A stretch of 64,000 nt of DNA from a virus (taxonomy: Duplodnaviria; Caudoviricetes). The DNA lies in IMG/VR virus record IMGVR_UViG_3300020331_000002, one strand, 5' to 3'. A model generated the notes under the pieces. That model had not been told where the DNA came from and did not search any database. It saw only the letters and a list, made by a program, of their open reading frames with translations. The translations under genes were made by a program, and so were the position numbers. Position 1 is the first letter of the stretch. Every line of letters starts with the position of its first letter. Below, one piece after another: positions 18,548 to 28,180 of the stretch.

Positions 18548-19224
18548 TGGCAGATAAGTTTGAATGTAGATTTTGTAAGAAGAAGTTTTCTAAGGAAAAT
18601 ACTTTACTTGTCCATAAATGCATGAAAAAACAGCGTTACGAAGATCGTGACACTGTTGGCGCTCGCTTAGGGTTAGAGGCCTATAATCTGTTTCTAAAAT
18701 CATGTTCAAACCGCAAGCAAGAAACACAAGAGTCGTTTATACACTCTAAGTATTACAAAGACTTTGTGAAGTTTGGTAGAGCTCTGTGTGACTTAAACCC
18801 GCTCAGTACCGAGGATTATATCAAATACTTGGTGAAGGAAGGCGTAGCACTAAACAAGTGGTGCCGCGCCGAGACTTATGATAAGTACATCATAAATCAC
18901 TTAGAAACTGAACCGGTGCAACGCGGGCTTGAACGTTCTATAACCGTAATGGCCGATTGGGCAGAGCGTAATAATATGACTTACGCTGATTACTTTAATC
19001 ACGTGTCTACGTTTGAAGCAGTTTCTCATATTCAGAGCGGTAAGATAACACCGTGGCTTATGTACTTGAGTGACGGCGGCCAAGCCCTTATGGAACGGTT
19101 TAGCCAAGATCAGATCAAAATAATTCAGGGTATAATTAACCCCGGTGAATGGCAGCTTATTTTTAATCAGCGCCGTAGTGATGTTAACTTTGCTTTAGAG
19201 ATTATAGATTCAGCATCCTTATGA
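18547..19224 (+). CDS. Hypothetical protein with N-terminal zinc finger
   Basis: FECRFCKKKFSKENTLLVHKC; coupled to both neighbours. Confidence 0.75.
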   Translation: MADKFECRFCKKKFSKENTLLVHKCMKKQRYEDRDTVGARLGLEAYNLFLKSCSNRKQETQESFIHSKYYKDFVKFGRALCDLNPLSTEDYIKYLVKEGVALNKWCRAETYDKYIINHLETEPVQRGLERSITVMADWAERNNMTYADYFNHVSTFEAVSHIQSGKITPWLMYLSDGGQALMERFSQDQIKIIQGIINPGEWQLIFNQRRSDVNFALEIIDSASL

Positions 19225-19853
19225 AAAGACATGGTGATATAGACATCGACGTTTGTGATCGAGACACTCTGTTAAAAGAATTAAATCATATAGACGCCTC
19301 TATGATAGGTCGTAATGGTGCCCTAACCCGACATAACGTTGGTGTGTACGGGCACGCCGTACCTGTAGATCCTTTCAGTAACTTGTGTTCACTTACATAT
19401 ACTGAGGCAGAAGAAGCAGGCTTTAAAAAAGTCGACCTACTTAACCTATCCAGTTTGAGCTTCTTTAAAAATAAACGCCATTTGCGCAATGTCATAGCCA
19501 AAGACCCCGATTGGGATATGTTTCTCGACAAGGGCGTTGTTATGCAGTTGAGTCAGATATCAGGTCACTACGGGCTTTTACGAAAGAAACGTCCGCGTTC
19601 TGTATTGGAGTTGGCTATGTTCATCGCGCTTATACGACCAGGCAAAAGTCACTTAAGAGAAAAGTCTTGGTATGAAATGTCTTCGGAAATATGGCAAAAA
19701 GGCACCGATGGTTATCAATTCAAAAAGAGTCACGCCATCGCTTATGCTTTGAACATCGTTGCTGAAATGAACCTGATCAAGTACGAGAAGGTTAAACTGA
19801 ATCAGTACGTAGATGTAATTACTGATCAAAAAGTTATTATCGACGATCTGTAA
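19221..19853 (+). CDS. Miniature DnaE (family C DNA polymerase)-like protein, 210 aa
   Basis: GDIDIDV, RHNVGVY, KVDLLNL, ALIRPGK and GYQFKKSHAIAYAL match the DnaE motifs PDFDVDF, HAGGVV, KFDFLGL, ALFRPGP and GYGFNKSH. Confidence 0.8.
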   Translation: MKRHGDIDIDVCDRDTLLKELNHIDASMIGRNGALTRHNVGVYGHAVPVDPFSNLCSLTYTEAEEAGFKKVDLLNLSSLSFFKNKRHLRNVIAKDPDWDMFLDKGVVMQLSQISGHYGLLRKKRPRSVLELAMFIALIRPGKSHLREKSWYEMSSEIWQKGTDGYQFKKSHAIAYALNIVAEMNLIKYEKVKLNQYVDVITDQKVIIDDL

Positions 19854-19860
19854 ATTCTAC

Positions 19861-19889
19861 TTGAAATAACATTCATGATCTGTTACCTT
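19861..19889 (+). promoter_or_regulatory. Sigma70-like promoter
   Basis: TTGAAA-17 nt-TACCTT with extended TG. Confidence 0.5.
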
Positions 19890-19914
19890 ATGTATAAAAT
19901 ACAAGGTGAATAAT

Positions 19915-20817
19915 ATGAATGTAGAAGAAAGACTAAGTAGAATCAACTCAGTAGTTGAATACTTTCACAACCAATACAGTGAGATAGACAACGCTACTGA
20001 GCGCCATAATATTTCGTATGCCAACAAGCTATCACCTCGACCAGCATATGCGGCCGCCCTGGTGCTTGACCGCAACATTATCCCTACGGGTACTGGCTCG
20101 TTGTTCTCAGATGACCGCTACGAAATCAGCTATCTTATACGCGCTGGGCGCACTACCGGTGAGATACTCGAGATAGATACTCGCCTTCATCAAGAAACTA
20201 TATCTGCAGGCCAAATTGACTCGTGCATGCGCACAGCAAATACAGCAAACGGATCTCGCGACCTGGGCTATCGTTCTTTGAGTGAAGCGGCCGCGAATGT
20301 GTTTATTGCAGGTATGTTAGTCGAAGCACGCAAAACGTCACTCGAGTTCCAACTAATCATTCTTGACAAAGAAAACAAAACTGAATCGGTGTTTGCTGTA
20401 TCATCGACGGAACCGTCACCCGGAGGTAAGCTGGAATCTTTCGACATCCAGTTTACTGACTTCGCACATTTAGGTATACCTGATTCTTGGATAACAATTG
20501 ATCTGATGGCAGAAAATTCAGCGTTTACTAGTGTACAACATAGCAGAACAAACGTACTGGGTGACGACCCAGTCACCTACTATAGTGGCCCAACTAAAGT
20601 GCAAAAAACGTACAGTGGTTTTACCAATGCTAGATCTGGTAACATGATGGTGCCTGATACTGTGCAGGTAATGTGGGTGACTGATGAAGGCGCCACAACT
20701 TATGACAACTTTTTTGTATTCGTGAAAAAGGAGTGTCCGGAAGCAATACCGCACCTTGTCTTGAATTACGGATATCCGGAGGATTTCGATGAACAAAACA
20801 ATATCATTAAACCGTGA
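19915..20817 (+). CDS. Hypothetical protein
   Basis: About 300-aa ORF; AAGGTG SD before ATG 19915. Confidence 0.7.
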   Translation: MNVEERLSRINSVVEYFHNQYSEIDNATERHNISYANKLSPRPAYAAALVLDRNIIPTGTGSLFSDDRYEISYLIRAGRTTGEILEIDTRLHQETISAGQIDSCMRTANTANGSRDLGYRSLSEAAANVFIAGMLVEARKTSLEFQLIILDKENKTESVFAVSSTEPSPGGKLESFDIQFTDFAHLGIPDSWITIDLMAENSAFTSVQHSRTNVLGDDPVTYYSGPTKVQKTYSGFTNARSGNMMVPDTVQVMWVTDEGATTYDNFFVFVKKECPEAIPHLVLNYGYPEDFDEQNNIIKP

Positions 20818-21376
20818 CAACACGTTCTTCACCTCTGATTGGCATTTTGGCGACAAGAACATCATAAAAAATTGCAATCGTCCCTTTAGTGATATAGACG
20901 AAATGCACGCTGCCTTAATTGATATTTGGAACGCAAAAGTTTCTGATAATAGTACGGTAGTTAATATGGGCGACTTTGCTTTCTGGGGTCCGTCTAAGTT
21001 CGGTGAGCTAGGCAATGTACTTACACAGTTAAAGGGCAATATGCTATTTGTGCCTGGAAATCATGACCGGTTAAATCTATGGTACAATACACTCGACGCG
21101 TTTCCTGAGTTAAAAGATAAAGTGCGTATATTGCCGCCTGTCGCTGATTTTAGAGTCGGTAAACAACATATCGTCGGGTGCCACTACGCAATGATGATAT
21201 GGAATAAGCAACATTATGGCGCCTGGCACTTATACGGACACTCCCATGATATGCACTTAACTGGTATCGGTCTAAGCATGAATGTATGTATTGATGCTCA
21301 CCCTGATTTTGATTTGTTTACGTACGAAGAGATTGAAGAAAAGATATCAAAGTTAGAGATTTTTCGTCCGTTCTAA
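20789..21376 (+). CDS. Calcineurin-like metallophosphoesterase
   Basis: SDWHFG, MGDFAF, PGNHD, CHY and LYGHSH motifs. Confidence 0.92.
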   Translation: MNKTISLNRDNTFFTSDWHFGDKNIIKNCNRPFSDIDEMHAALIDIWNAKVSDNSTVVNMGDFAFWGPSKFGELGNVLTQLKGNMLFVPGNHDRLNLWYNTLDAFPELKDKVRILPPVADFRVGKQHIVGCHYAMMIWNKQHYGAWHLYGHSHDMHLTGIGLSMNVCIDAHPDFDLFTYEEIEEKISKLEIFRPF

Positions 21377-21392
21377 AAAATCAAATTAAATC

Positions 21393-21421
21393 TTGATTTG
21401 GCAGGAAGTAGAAATTATAAT
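21393..21421 (+). promoter_or_regulatory. Sigma70-like promoter
   Basis: TTGATT-17 nt-TATAAT. Confidence 0.7.
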
Positions 21422-21471
21422 ACTTTAAAATTTGGAACCCTTATAAAGTGTAAGGGTGTAAGGAGTATAAA

Positions 21472-22908
21472 ATGACAACACATTTTAACACGCAACACAC
21501 TCCTGTAGAAGAAGTTACTGAAGTAGAAGCCCGTACAGCAAACGGCGCAGTAACTAACATCACTTCCGGTGAGAAATCACTTGATTTGTTCTTTGTGGCA
21601 GGTGCATCCCGTAACATGGCCGACGACGAGATCATCATAATGTTTGATGAAGCGCACACCGAAAACCCAGATCTGACGTTTCGTGTATTGCAATGGGCTC
21701 GTGATGTGCGAGGCGGAGCAGGCGAACGACGTTTCTTTAAAACAATAATGAAACACTTGGTTGCTAACCAACGCACTTATGGTGCCAAAAATGTCAAGGC
21801 ACTACTAACCAAGTCGTCTGAGATTGGTCGCTGGCGCGACTTGCTTGACTTGTTCAACAAGTGCACCGATGCAAACAAGAAATTCATCGGTCAGTTGTTT
21901 AACGAAGCGCTTGATTCGGGCAACGGCTTGGCTGCTAAATGGCTTCCGCGCAAAGGTAAATTCGCGCGAGCTGTTCGTACGTCTATGGGCTACAAGGACA
22001 CGCCGAAGGAATACCGTCGCAAGATTGTTGACTTGACTAAAGTAGTTGAGACCCAAATGTGCCAAGGCAAGTGGGACGAGATCAATTATTCGCACGTACC
22101 GTCAGTCGCGTTTAAGAAATACCGCAAGGCGTTCCTGCGTCATGACCCTGTACGTTTTGAAGAATTCATCCAATCAGCTATTGAAGGTGAAACAAAGGTT
22201 AACGCCGGCGCAATATTCCCGCATGAAATACTTGCGCCTTTAGGTAAGAGAACAGTAACGTCAAAAACCGAAGTCGACGCCATGCAAGCACAGTGGCAAA
22301 ACTTGGCTGACTCGATGTCAAATGCGCCTGATGTACTGCCTATGATTGACGTTTCTGCGTCAATGAGAGGTGATCCTATGCATATTGCTGTGTCGCTCGG
22401 CATGTACTTGGCTGAACGTAACACTGGTCAATTCAAGAATGCGTACATGACTTTCGAGTCACGACCTCAGTTTGGCTTCGTGAAAGAGGGCGCTAAAATT
22501 GACGCTCGTTACAAGGATATTTTACGCGCAGGTTGGGGCGGCAGCACTGACTTATCGGCAGCGTTCAAGAAAATCCTCGAAGTTGCAGTGAACAACAATG
22601 TTCCGGCTGACCATATGCCTAAGATGTTGCTTGTGTTATCTGACATGGAGTTCAATTCCTGGGGTAACCGCGGTCTTACATCCACTGTAAAAGACTTGTT
22701 TAAAAAGGCAGGCTATGAGTGTCCTACTATTGTGTTCTGGAACTTAGCTGCTCGACCTGGCAACAACCCGGTAAAAGCTACTGATAAAGACATGGTAATG
22801 GTGTCTGGATTTAGCCCGGCCATAGCGAAGACCATTATAGAAGGCAAGGACCTATCACCGATGGGAATAATGCTTGACGCTATTATGAAAGATCGCTATA
22901 CACTGTGA
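21472..22908 (+). CDS. DUF2828-like TROVE/vWA (Ro60-related) protein
   Basis: RDVRGGAGERRFF, GRWRDL, LAAKWLPR, INYSHVPS, MIDVSASM (MIDAS), GGSTD, LSDMEF, IVFWNL, SGFSP. Confidence 0.88.
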   Translation: MTTHFNTQHTPVEEVTEVEARTANGAVTNITSGEKSLDLFFVAGASRNMADDEIIIMFDEAHTENPDLTFRVLQWARDVRGGAGERRFFKTIMKHLVANQRTYGAKNVKALLTKSSEIGRWRDLLDLFNKCTDANKKFIGQLFNEALDSGNGLAAKWLPRKGKFARAVRTSMGYKDTPKEYRRKIVDLTKVVETQMCQGKWDEINYSHVPSVAFKKYRKAFLRHDPVRFEEFIQSAIEGETKVNAGAIFPHEILAPLGKRTVTSKTEVDAMQAQWQNLADSMSNAPDVLPMIDVSASMRGDPMHIAVSLGMYLAERNTGQFKNAYMTFESRPQFGFVKEGAKIDARYKDILRAGWGGSTDLSAAFKKILEVAVNNNVPADHMPKMLLVLSDMEFNSWGNRGLTSTVKDLFKKAGYECPTIVFWNLAARPGNNPVKATDKDMVMVSGFSPAIAKTIIEGKDLSPMGIMLDAIMKDRYTL

Positions 22909-22930
22909 GGCGTAGTGCGCCCTAGTATTT

Positions 22931-22957
22931 AAAGAAGGGGCTTTTGGTCCCTTCTTT
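22931..22957 (+). terminator. Intrinsic terminator
   Basis: AAAGAAGGGGC-ttttg-GTCCCTTCTTT. Confidence 0.8.
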
Positions 22958-22995
22958 CGCATTGCGAATAAATACATAAAAATACAGGGAGACAC

Positions 22996-23283
22996 ATGTA
23001 CACAAGCTTTCAACTTAAGAGTTGTGCAAAAACTCGATACTATATCAGGACAGTGAACCTAAGTACGCATTGTATGCTGACTGAAGAGTTACTGGTGATA
23101 TATGGTGAAGAGTTGTGCGATGAAAAGTATGAACCGGGCGTTACCTTACCAAAAGGCTTTCGTGTTGAGTTTTATGAACTTGATGATTTCCTCAATACAG
23201 ATATGGCCATAAACATAGACAATAACAAAAAGGAAACAATACGTGAAAGAACGCTATCAGGCATTGATTGCCCCGCTGCTTGA
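22996..23283 (+). CDS. Hypothetical protein
   Basis: AGGGAG SD; ATAAATA at 22968-22974. Confidence 0.6.
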   Translation: MYTSFQLKSCAKTRYYIRTVNLSTHCMLTEELLVIYGEELCDEKYEPGVTLPKGFRVEFYELDDFLNTDMAINIDNNKKETIRERTLSGIDCPAA

Positions 23284-23824
23284 ACTCGATCCCGGATTTC
23301 AAGAGTATTTCGATTTTGCTTATAACGCGCACATTGATCGCAAAAGAATCGGGACAAACGATCTATATATTATCCACCCCATTAACGTAGCGTTAAACGT
23401 CCTGGAAACGGGCTTGACGCACGATGAAAAGGTGATGGCAATCCGTGTAGCTGTAATGCACGATGTCGTGGAAGACGAAGACGTAGAGCTTGTTACGGTA
23501 ATTAATGAATTCGGTACTGAGTTTGCGTATCATCTGTATTACACTTATACAGAGATAACCAAGTCTTCAGGCAACCGCAAGTTTAGGAAAATACTTGAGG
23601 CCAATCACTATGCTGCTGGTACCCGAGTATCACAGACCGTCAAAGTGTGCGATGCTGCCGATAATATAATGACGATTCATTTGAAGTCGGGCCGCAAGTT
23701 TGCATATGATTATATGAATGAAAAGGTTACACTTCATCATAAACTTGCATTGGCCGATCCATTGTCACTCAAGTTATTTGTTAAAAGGATGTCGATTGTT
23801 AAACAAGCACTAAAGGCTATCTAG
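23243..23824 (+). CDS. HD-domain hydrolase, Mesh1/small alarmone hydrolase-like
   Basis: AH...RKR...YIIHPINVA, AVMHDVVED, and VKVCDAADN match the SpoT/Mesh1 HD pattern. Confidence 0.8.
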   Translation: MKERYQALIAPLLELDPGFQEYFDFAYNAHIDRKRIGTNDLYIIHPINVALNVLETGLTHDEKVMAIRVAVMHDVVEDEDVELVTVINEFGTEFAYHLYYTYTEITKSSGNRKFRKILEANHYAAGTRVSQTVKVCDAADNIMTIHLKSGRKFAYDYMNEKVTLHHKLALADPLSLKLFVKRMSIVKQALKAI

Positions 23825-24192
23825 CCCATATTAGTTACCAGCTTAACAACGCGCTTCTTGCCGAATTTCTTTTGACACATCTCGTCTAAACTGACGTAGG
23901 GTCCAAACAAGACTTCTACGTCTTTTTCCCTGTACGTTCGTACAGTATGTGAAAACGCTTTCATCTCTTCAAATAAATACACACCAATCGGGATTGATCT
24001 ATTTGTTTCCCACCACCAGTTTGAACCGAGTTTAAGGAATAACACTTTTTCATCGTGGTCCGTAAGTGCTTCGAAATCATAGAAGGTAACGGCCTTACTC
24101 GCTACATTTTCAATAATTCCTAAATATTCGTCATCTCCTATTTTCAAGCCAGTTAGAAAAGGAAATTTTTTAGTTAGTTCGTCTTGGGTCAT
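23821..24192 (-). CDS. Hypothetical protein on the minus strand
   Basis: AGGT SD on the minus strand; KFPFLT and NWWWETNRSIPI motifs. Confidence 0.75.
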   Translation of the reverse strand: MTQDELTKKFPFLTGLKIGDDEYLGIIENVASKAVTFYDFEALTDHDEKVLFLKLGSNWWWETNRSIPIGVYLFEEMKAFSHTVRTYREKDVEVLFGPYVSLDEMCQKKFGKKRVVKLVTNMG

Positions 24193-24232
24193 TTTGCTAC
24201 CTGCTAAATATCTTTAAAAAGGCATATTTGTT

Positions 24233-25054
24233 GTGTTGTACACCATATATTTATGTAACCATGAAAGTACCGTTTTCGTGGGAATACCGAGGACTTATAG
24301 CATGAATGACAATGATACCATCACCCTCCACCGCGGTGTTGACAATACTCATTATTTTAGAGTCCGTAACCGTGACATGAAACGCCAGAATGTGAGCGGC
24401 CTTGTGGTTATGGCAAAGATCGTGGATCGCATGAATGGCGATAAAGTATTTGAAAAAAGATTAATACAAACTGACGATGATCAGTTTTCGTTAAATGTAC
24501 TCGAAGGTGAGCTACTAGAGGTTGAGCCTGGCTATTACGAGATGGTTCTTGAGTCTATGGAAATGTTCGACACCAACAATTACGAACATAACCCGCGCCA
24601 ACCTCTTTACCGGGACTTGAACGGCGAGATTCGTTTCGAAGTAGAGGTAACAGGCCACGCAGATAGCACACCGCGCCCTAGTAGAGAAGAGATAAAACCG
24701 TTTGAAAAATGGCTTCCTACGTTAAAAGACGGTGTAACGGTGTATAGTAGTTCAGCTATACCATGTAACGCTCTAAGAAACCACAGAAACAGCCTACACA
24801 CGATGTCTATCCAAGCAGATAACTTTAGCGGAACGCTAGAGATATACGGTACTCTGGAACTAGATCCGCCGCCGGATAATAATTCTTGGTTTCCTGTTAC
24901 TGTACAAGATTTGCCTGTAAACGAGATACAGATGGATAAGTTTACCGGCACCCATGCCTTTAACGTAGTGGGTAATCTTTACTGGGTGAAGTTCATCCTC
25001 AAAGGTGATTTGGACAACTTAGGAACTTTCGACAAACTGACTTGGCGATCTTGA
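24233..25054 (+). CDS. Hypothetical, probable virion structural protein
   Basis: CTAAATA at 24204-24210; beta-rich. Alternative start at ATG 24302. Confidence 0.7.
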   Translation: MLYTIYLCNHESTVFVGIPRTYSMNDNDTITLHRGVDNTHYFRVRNRDMKRQNVSGLVVMAKIVDRMNGDKVFEKRLIQTDDDQFSLNVLEGELLEVEPGYYEMVLESMEMFDTNNYEHNPRQPLYRDLNGEIRFEVEVTGHADSTPRPSREEIKPFEKWLPTLKDGVTVYSSSAIPCNALRNHRNSLHTMSIQADNFSGTLEIYGTLELDPPPDNNSWFPVTVQDLPVNEIQMDKFTGTHAFNVVGNLYWVKFILKGDLDNLGTFDKLTWRS

Positions 25055-25079
25055 TTATTTTGGCGGCTGGCATTATACT
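25051..25079 (+). promoter_or_regulatory. Sigma70-like promoter for primase-helicase
   Basis: TTGATT-17 nt-TATACT. Confidence 0.7.
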
Positions 25080-25112
25080 ACTGCGCACAAAAGCCAAAAT
25101 AATAAGAAGAAT

Positions 25113-26321
25113 ATGAGCTGGGATCAGAAGTTACTAGATACTATACTAGAGAATTTCGGGCCACATAAAATTTCAAGAAAGGGTTTCAGGACTAGAAATT
25201 GCCCGATGTGTGTTACTAAAGGACACTCGCCTGACACCAAGAAACGTTTCGGTATGAAAGTCGATCATAAAGGCTTCGGCGGGTCATGCTTCAATTGCGG
25301 CTTTAAGTTCAAATACGAATACCACAAGAAACAGATGAGCAAGCCGCTCAAGTCATTTATGCGCCAACTCGGCGTTAAAAAGCAACTCATAGATGAGATT
25401 AAGTACGGGCTATTCGAGGATCTACATAGCGGTGTCATCTCTGATTTGATGCTTGAACCGGAGCCCGAAGAAACTGAAGTTCCGTTCGCTGAATTATTCA
25501 AAGACAAGAAGCCCAAACTCAACGAAGTTGCCCAAAGTCTTATAAAAGACGAGAAACAAATACGTCAGATACTTAGGACTAGGATAACAGATAATGTTAT
25601 GCCTGAGTTCAACGAGTTTAGTACCCGTTACGTGCAAATAACAAAGCGCTGGTCACGTGAGCATAGTTATCCTGGCGATGCAAAACCTATGAGTTATTAC
25701 CTTGATAGAGCTGAACTAGGACATCCTATTCCTGCTGATGTGAATGAGTGTTTGCTTTATATGTATGAACGTGACTTACTTGAGTTTGACGATATATGTT
25801 GGAGTTACGCTGTCACTAAAGAAGCAGGCAATCGTATAATACTTCCGTTTGAATTTGGCGGTAAACGGATCGGTTATACGGCGCGTGCAGTAAACGACCG
25901 TGCTGCTAAGATCAAAAAGTATCATTCAATGATGCCGGACGATGCGATATTCAATTACCACTTATTCCATAACAACTACAAACGAACGTTTGCGGTGTTG
26001 TATGAAGGTGTTATTGACGCGTATGTTATGCAAGGCATGGCATGTGGCGGAAGAAACATTAACGATGATCAGATATACATGATCAAAAATTTAGGCATGC
26101 CTGTAATTGTTGTGCCCGATAACGACAAAGACGGCGACGACTTGATTGACATAGCCATAAGGGAAGGCTGGTCAGTATCGTTTCCGCCATGGAAACATAA
26201 ATTTAAGGACGCGGCAGCCGCTGCTGCTAAGTACGGTAGGATTTATACAATCCAAAGTATACTAGCTAGCGTAGAGACTAATCCACTAACAATAAATCTA
26301 AAAAAGGATATGAATGTCTGA
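25113..26321 (+). CDS. DNA primase (gp61/DnaG-like)
   Basis: Zn ribbon CPMC..CFNC, RIILP-GYTAR, TOPRIM EGVID, PDND and KDA motifs. Confidence 0.88.
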   Translation: MSWDQKLLDTILENFGPHKISRKGFRTRNCPMCVTKGHSPDTKKRFGMKVDHKGFGGSCFNCGFKFKYEYHKKQMSKPLKSFMRQLGVKKQLIDEIKYGLFEDLHSGVISDLMLEPEPEETEVPFAELFKDKKPKLNEVAQSLIKDEKQIRQILRTRITDNVMPEFNEFSTRYVQITKRWSREHSYPGDAKPMSYYLDRAELGHPIPADVNECLLYMYERDLLEFDDICWSYAVTKEAGNRIILPFEFGGKRIGYTARAVNDRAAKIKKYHSMMPDDAIFNYHLFHNNYKRTFAVLYEGVIDAYVMQGMACGGRNINDDQIYMIKNLGMPVIVVPDNDKDGDDLIDIAIREGWSVSFPPWKHKFKDAAAAAAKYGRIYTIQSILASVETNPLTINLKKDMNV

Positions 26322-27714
26322 TTACATCCAAGAGTATACTCCGCAGGTCGAGGAGTTATTCATTCAATTTTTCTTAAGCGATCCTGAATTATTTGTGCGC
26401 TGTCGTAATGTGATTAAGCCTGATCACTATGCCTCTGAGACAAATAAAAAGACTGTCGATTTCATGGTAAAATATGCTGATGAATACAGTGCATTGCCTG
26501 ACTTGGATCAATTAAAAGCGGTGGTGGGCAAACAATTCAACGTAACAAAGGACCTGCAAGATGAGCACAAGGAATGGTTCCTTGATAATTACGAAAAGTT
26601 TGCTCGACACAAGGAAATCATCAAAGCTGTTCTTGATGCGCCGCGACTGATTGAAAAGAAAGAATACGGTAGCGTTGAGCAACTAGTTAAAGAAGCAGTT
26701 CAAGTAGGCCTCGTCAAAGACTTGGGTACTGATTACTTCGACGACCCGTTAGGGCGCTTGCAGCGCATGAAAGAGAAGAAACCTCTTGTGTCTACGGGAT
26801 ACCGAGATTTAGACCACGCGTTGTTCGGTGGCGTTGAAGTAGGTTCACTTAACATTTATGCAGGGCAGTCCGGGACTGGTAAGAGTATTTTCCTACAAAA
26901 CTCTGCAAGAAAGTCTGTCATGCGTGGCGAAAATGCGATGTACATATCACTGGAACTGTCAGAGGACTTGTGTGCGTTGCGTCTAGACGCTATGTTTGCG
27001 GGCCTAAGCACACAAAACGTGATGAGGGATAGTGAAGACGCCTCGACTCGTATTGCTATGTTTGCTAAAAAGTATGGCGGCTCACTACAGATAAAACGTT
27101 TTCCGTCCGGAACCACTGCTGCTGAGATTCGTGCTTACGTTAAAGAGTATCAGATCCAGACAGGTCGTAAAGTAAACAAACTGTGCGTTGACTACTTGGA
27201 CTTATGTTCGCCTTACCGTACCAAAGTAAATGCAAGTGATGTATTCACGAAAGACAAATATGTGTCGGAAGAGTTGCGTGACTTAGCTGCTGAATTAGAT
27301 GTTGTATTGGATACAGCCTCGCAGCTTAACCGTGACAGTCACGAAGCTGTTGACTTTGGGCACCAGCACATTGCAGGCGGCGTATCTAAAATCAACACAG
27401 CTGATAACGTGTTTGGAATTTACGTAACTAACACTATGAAAGAGAACGGTCGTTATCAGTTACAACTTTTAAAGACACGTTCTTCAAGTGGTGTAGGTAA
27501 GCGTATTGATTTAAAATACAATCCTGCTACTATGCAGATGGACGATCTCGAAGAAGGCGAACGCGGAAGTATTGAGACACAAACCAGTTCTATTCTAGAT
27601 TCTATAAATAAGAAAGGAACAATGGGCAAAGAGCCGCCCGCACCTACGCAAGATGCGTCTAGTACAGTTGACGCGTTCTCTAAAGTTAGGAATAGTTTGC
27701 GTAGAAGTGATTAA
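26314..27714 (+). CDS. Replicative DNA helicase (gp41/DnaB-like)
   Basis: GQSGTGKS, YISLELSE, CVDYLDL, TASQLNR and LLKTR motifs. Confidence 0.93.
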   Translation: MSDYIQEYTPQVEELFIQFFLSDPELFVRCRNVIKPDHYASETNKKTVDFMVKYADEYSALPDLDQLKAVVGKQFNVTKDLQDEHKEWFLDNYEKFARHKEIIKAVLDAPRLIEKKEYGSVEQLVKEAVQVGLVKDLGTDYFDDPLGRLQRMKEKKPLVSTGYRDLDHALFGGVEVGSLNIYAGQSGTGKSIFLQNSARKSVMRGENAMYISLELSEDLCALRLDAMFAGLSTQNVMRDSEDASTRIAMFAKKYGGSLQIKRFPSGTTAAEIRAYVKEYQIQTGRKVNKLCVDYLDLCSPYRTKVNASDVFTKDKYVSEELRDLAAELDVVLDTASQLNRDSHEAVDFGHQHIAGGVSKINTADNVFGIYVTNTMKENGRYQLQLLKTRSSSGVGKRIDLKYNPATMQMDDLEEGERGSIETQTSSILDSINKKGTMGKEPPAPTQDASSTVDAFSKVRNSLRRSD

Positions 27715-27738
27715 CTCTAGGATAAAACAGGCAGGATA

Positions 27739-28032
27739 ATGAAAGTATCTGATTTAGATAATTATGATTCGATACCGGAGAGTCGTAAATCGCTGCAAGA
27801 TATTCTTGGGCAGTTTGCAGACATACCTGTAGATCATATGTCTGACGAGCACACTGAGCGCGGAATCAAGGTGCTCGAAGCCGCTCTGAATTTTTTCAAT
27901 TCACTAGAAGCTAACTACGGTGAAGAAGTTGCAGTAGTTGTGGAACGGAAATTCTGTAACGCAGTAAAAGCGAAAAATACTGACAAGTTTGAGCGTCAGT
28001 TAAAGGAATCGATAAATGGCCAGAAAAAGTAA
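27739..28032 (+). CDS. Hypothetical protein
   Basis: AGGA SD, 97-aa ORF. Confidence 0.7.
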   Translation: MKVSDLDNYDSIPESRKSLQDILGQFADIPVDHMSDEHTERGIKVLEAALNFFNSLEANYGEEVAVVVERKFCNAVKAKNTDKFERQLKESINGQKK

Positions 28033-28180
28033 AGTTTGGCTTAACCCGAACGGCTCAGCCGACAAGGAAACGGTAGACCCGAAAGCGGAAGCTGTCTACA
28101 ATAGTCTAAAAAGCACAGAGAAGACCGTTTTTGTAAAGGCATTACACGATGAAAAAAGAAAAAAACGCCTTGGCCGGTAA
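28016..28180 (+). CDS. 54-aa basic protein MARKSKVWLNPNG...KRKKRLGR (not in ORF track)
   Basis: AAGGA SD upstream; fills the gap between 28032 and 28149. Confidence 0.5.
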   Translation: MARKSKVWLNPNGSADKETVDPKAEAVYNSLKSTEKTVFVKALHDEKRKKRLGR

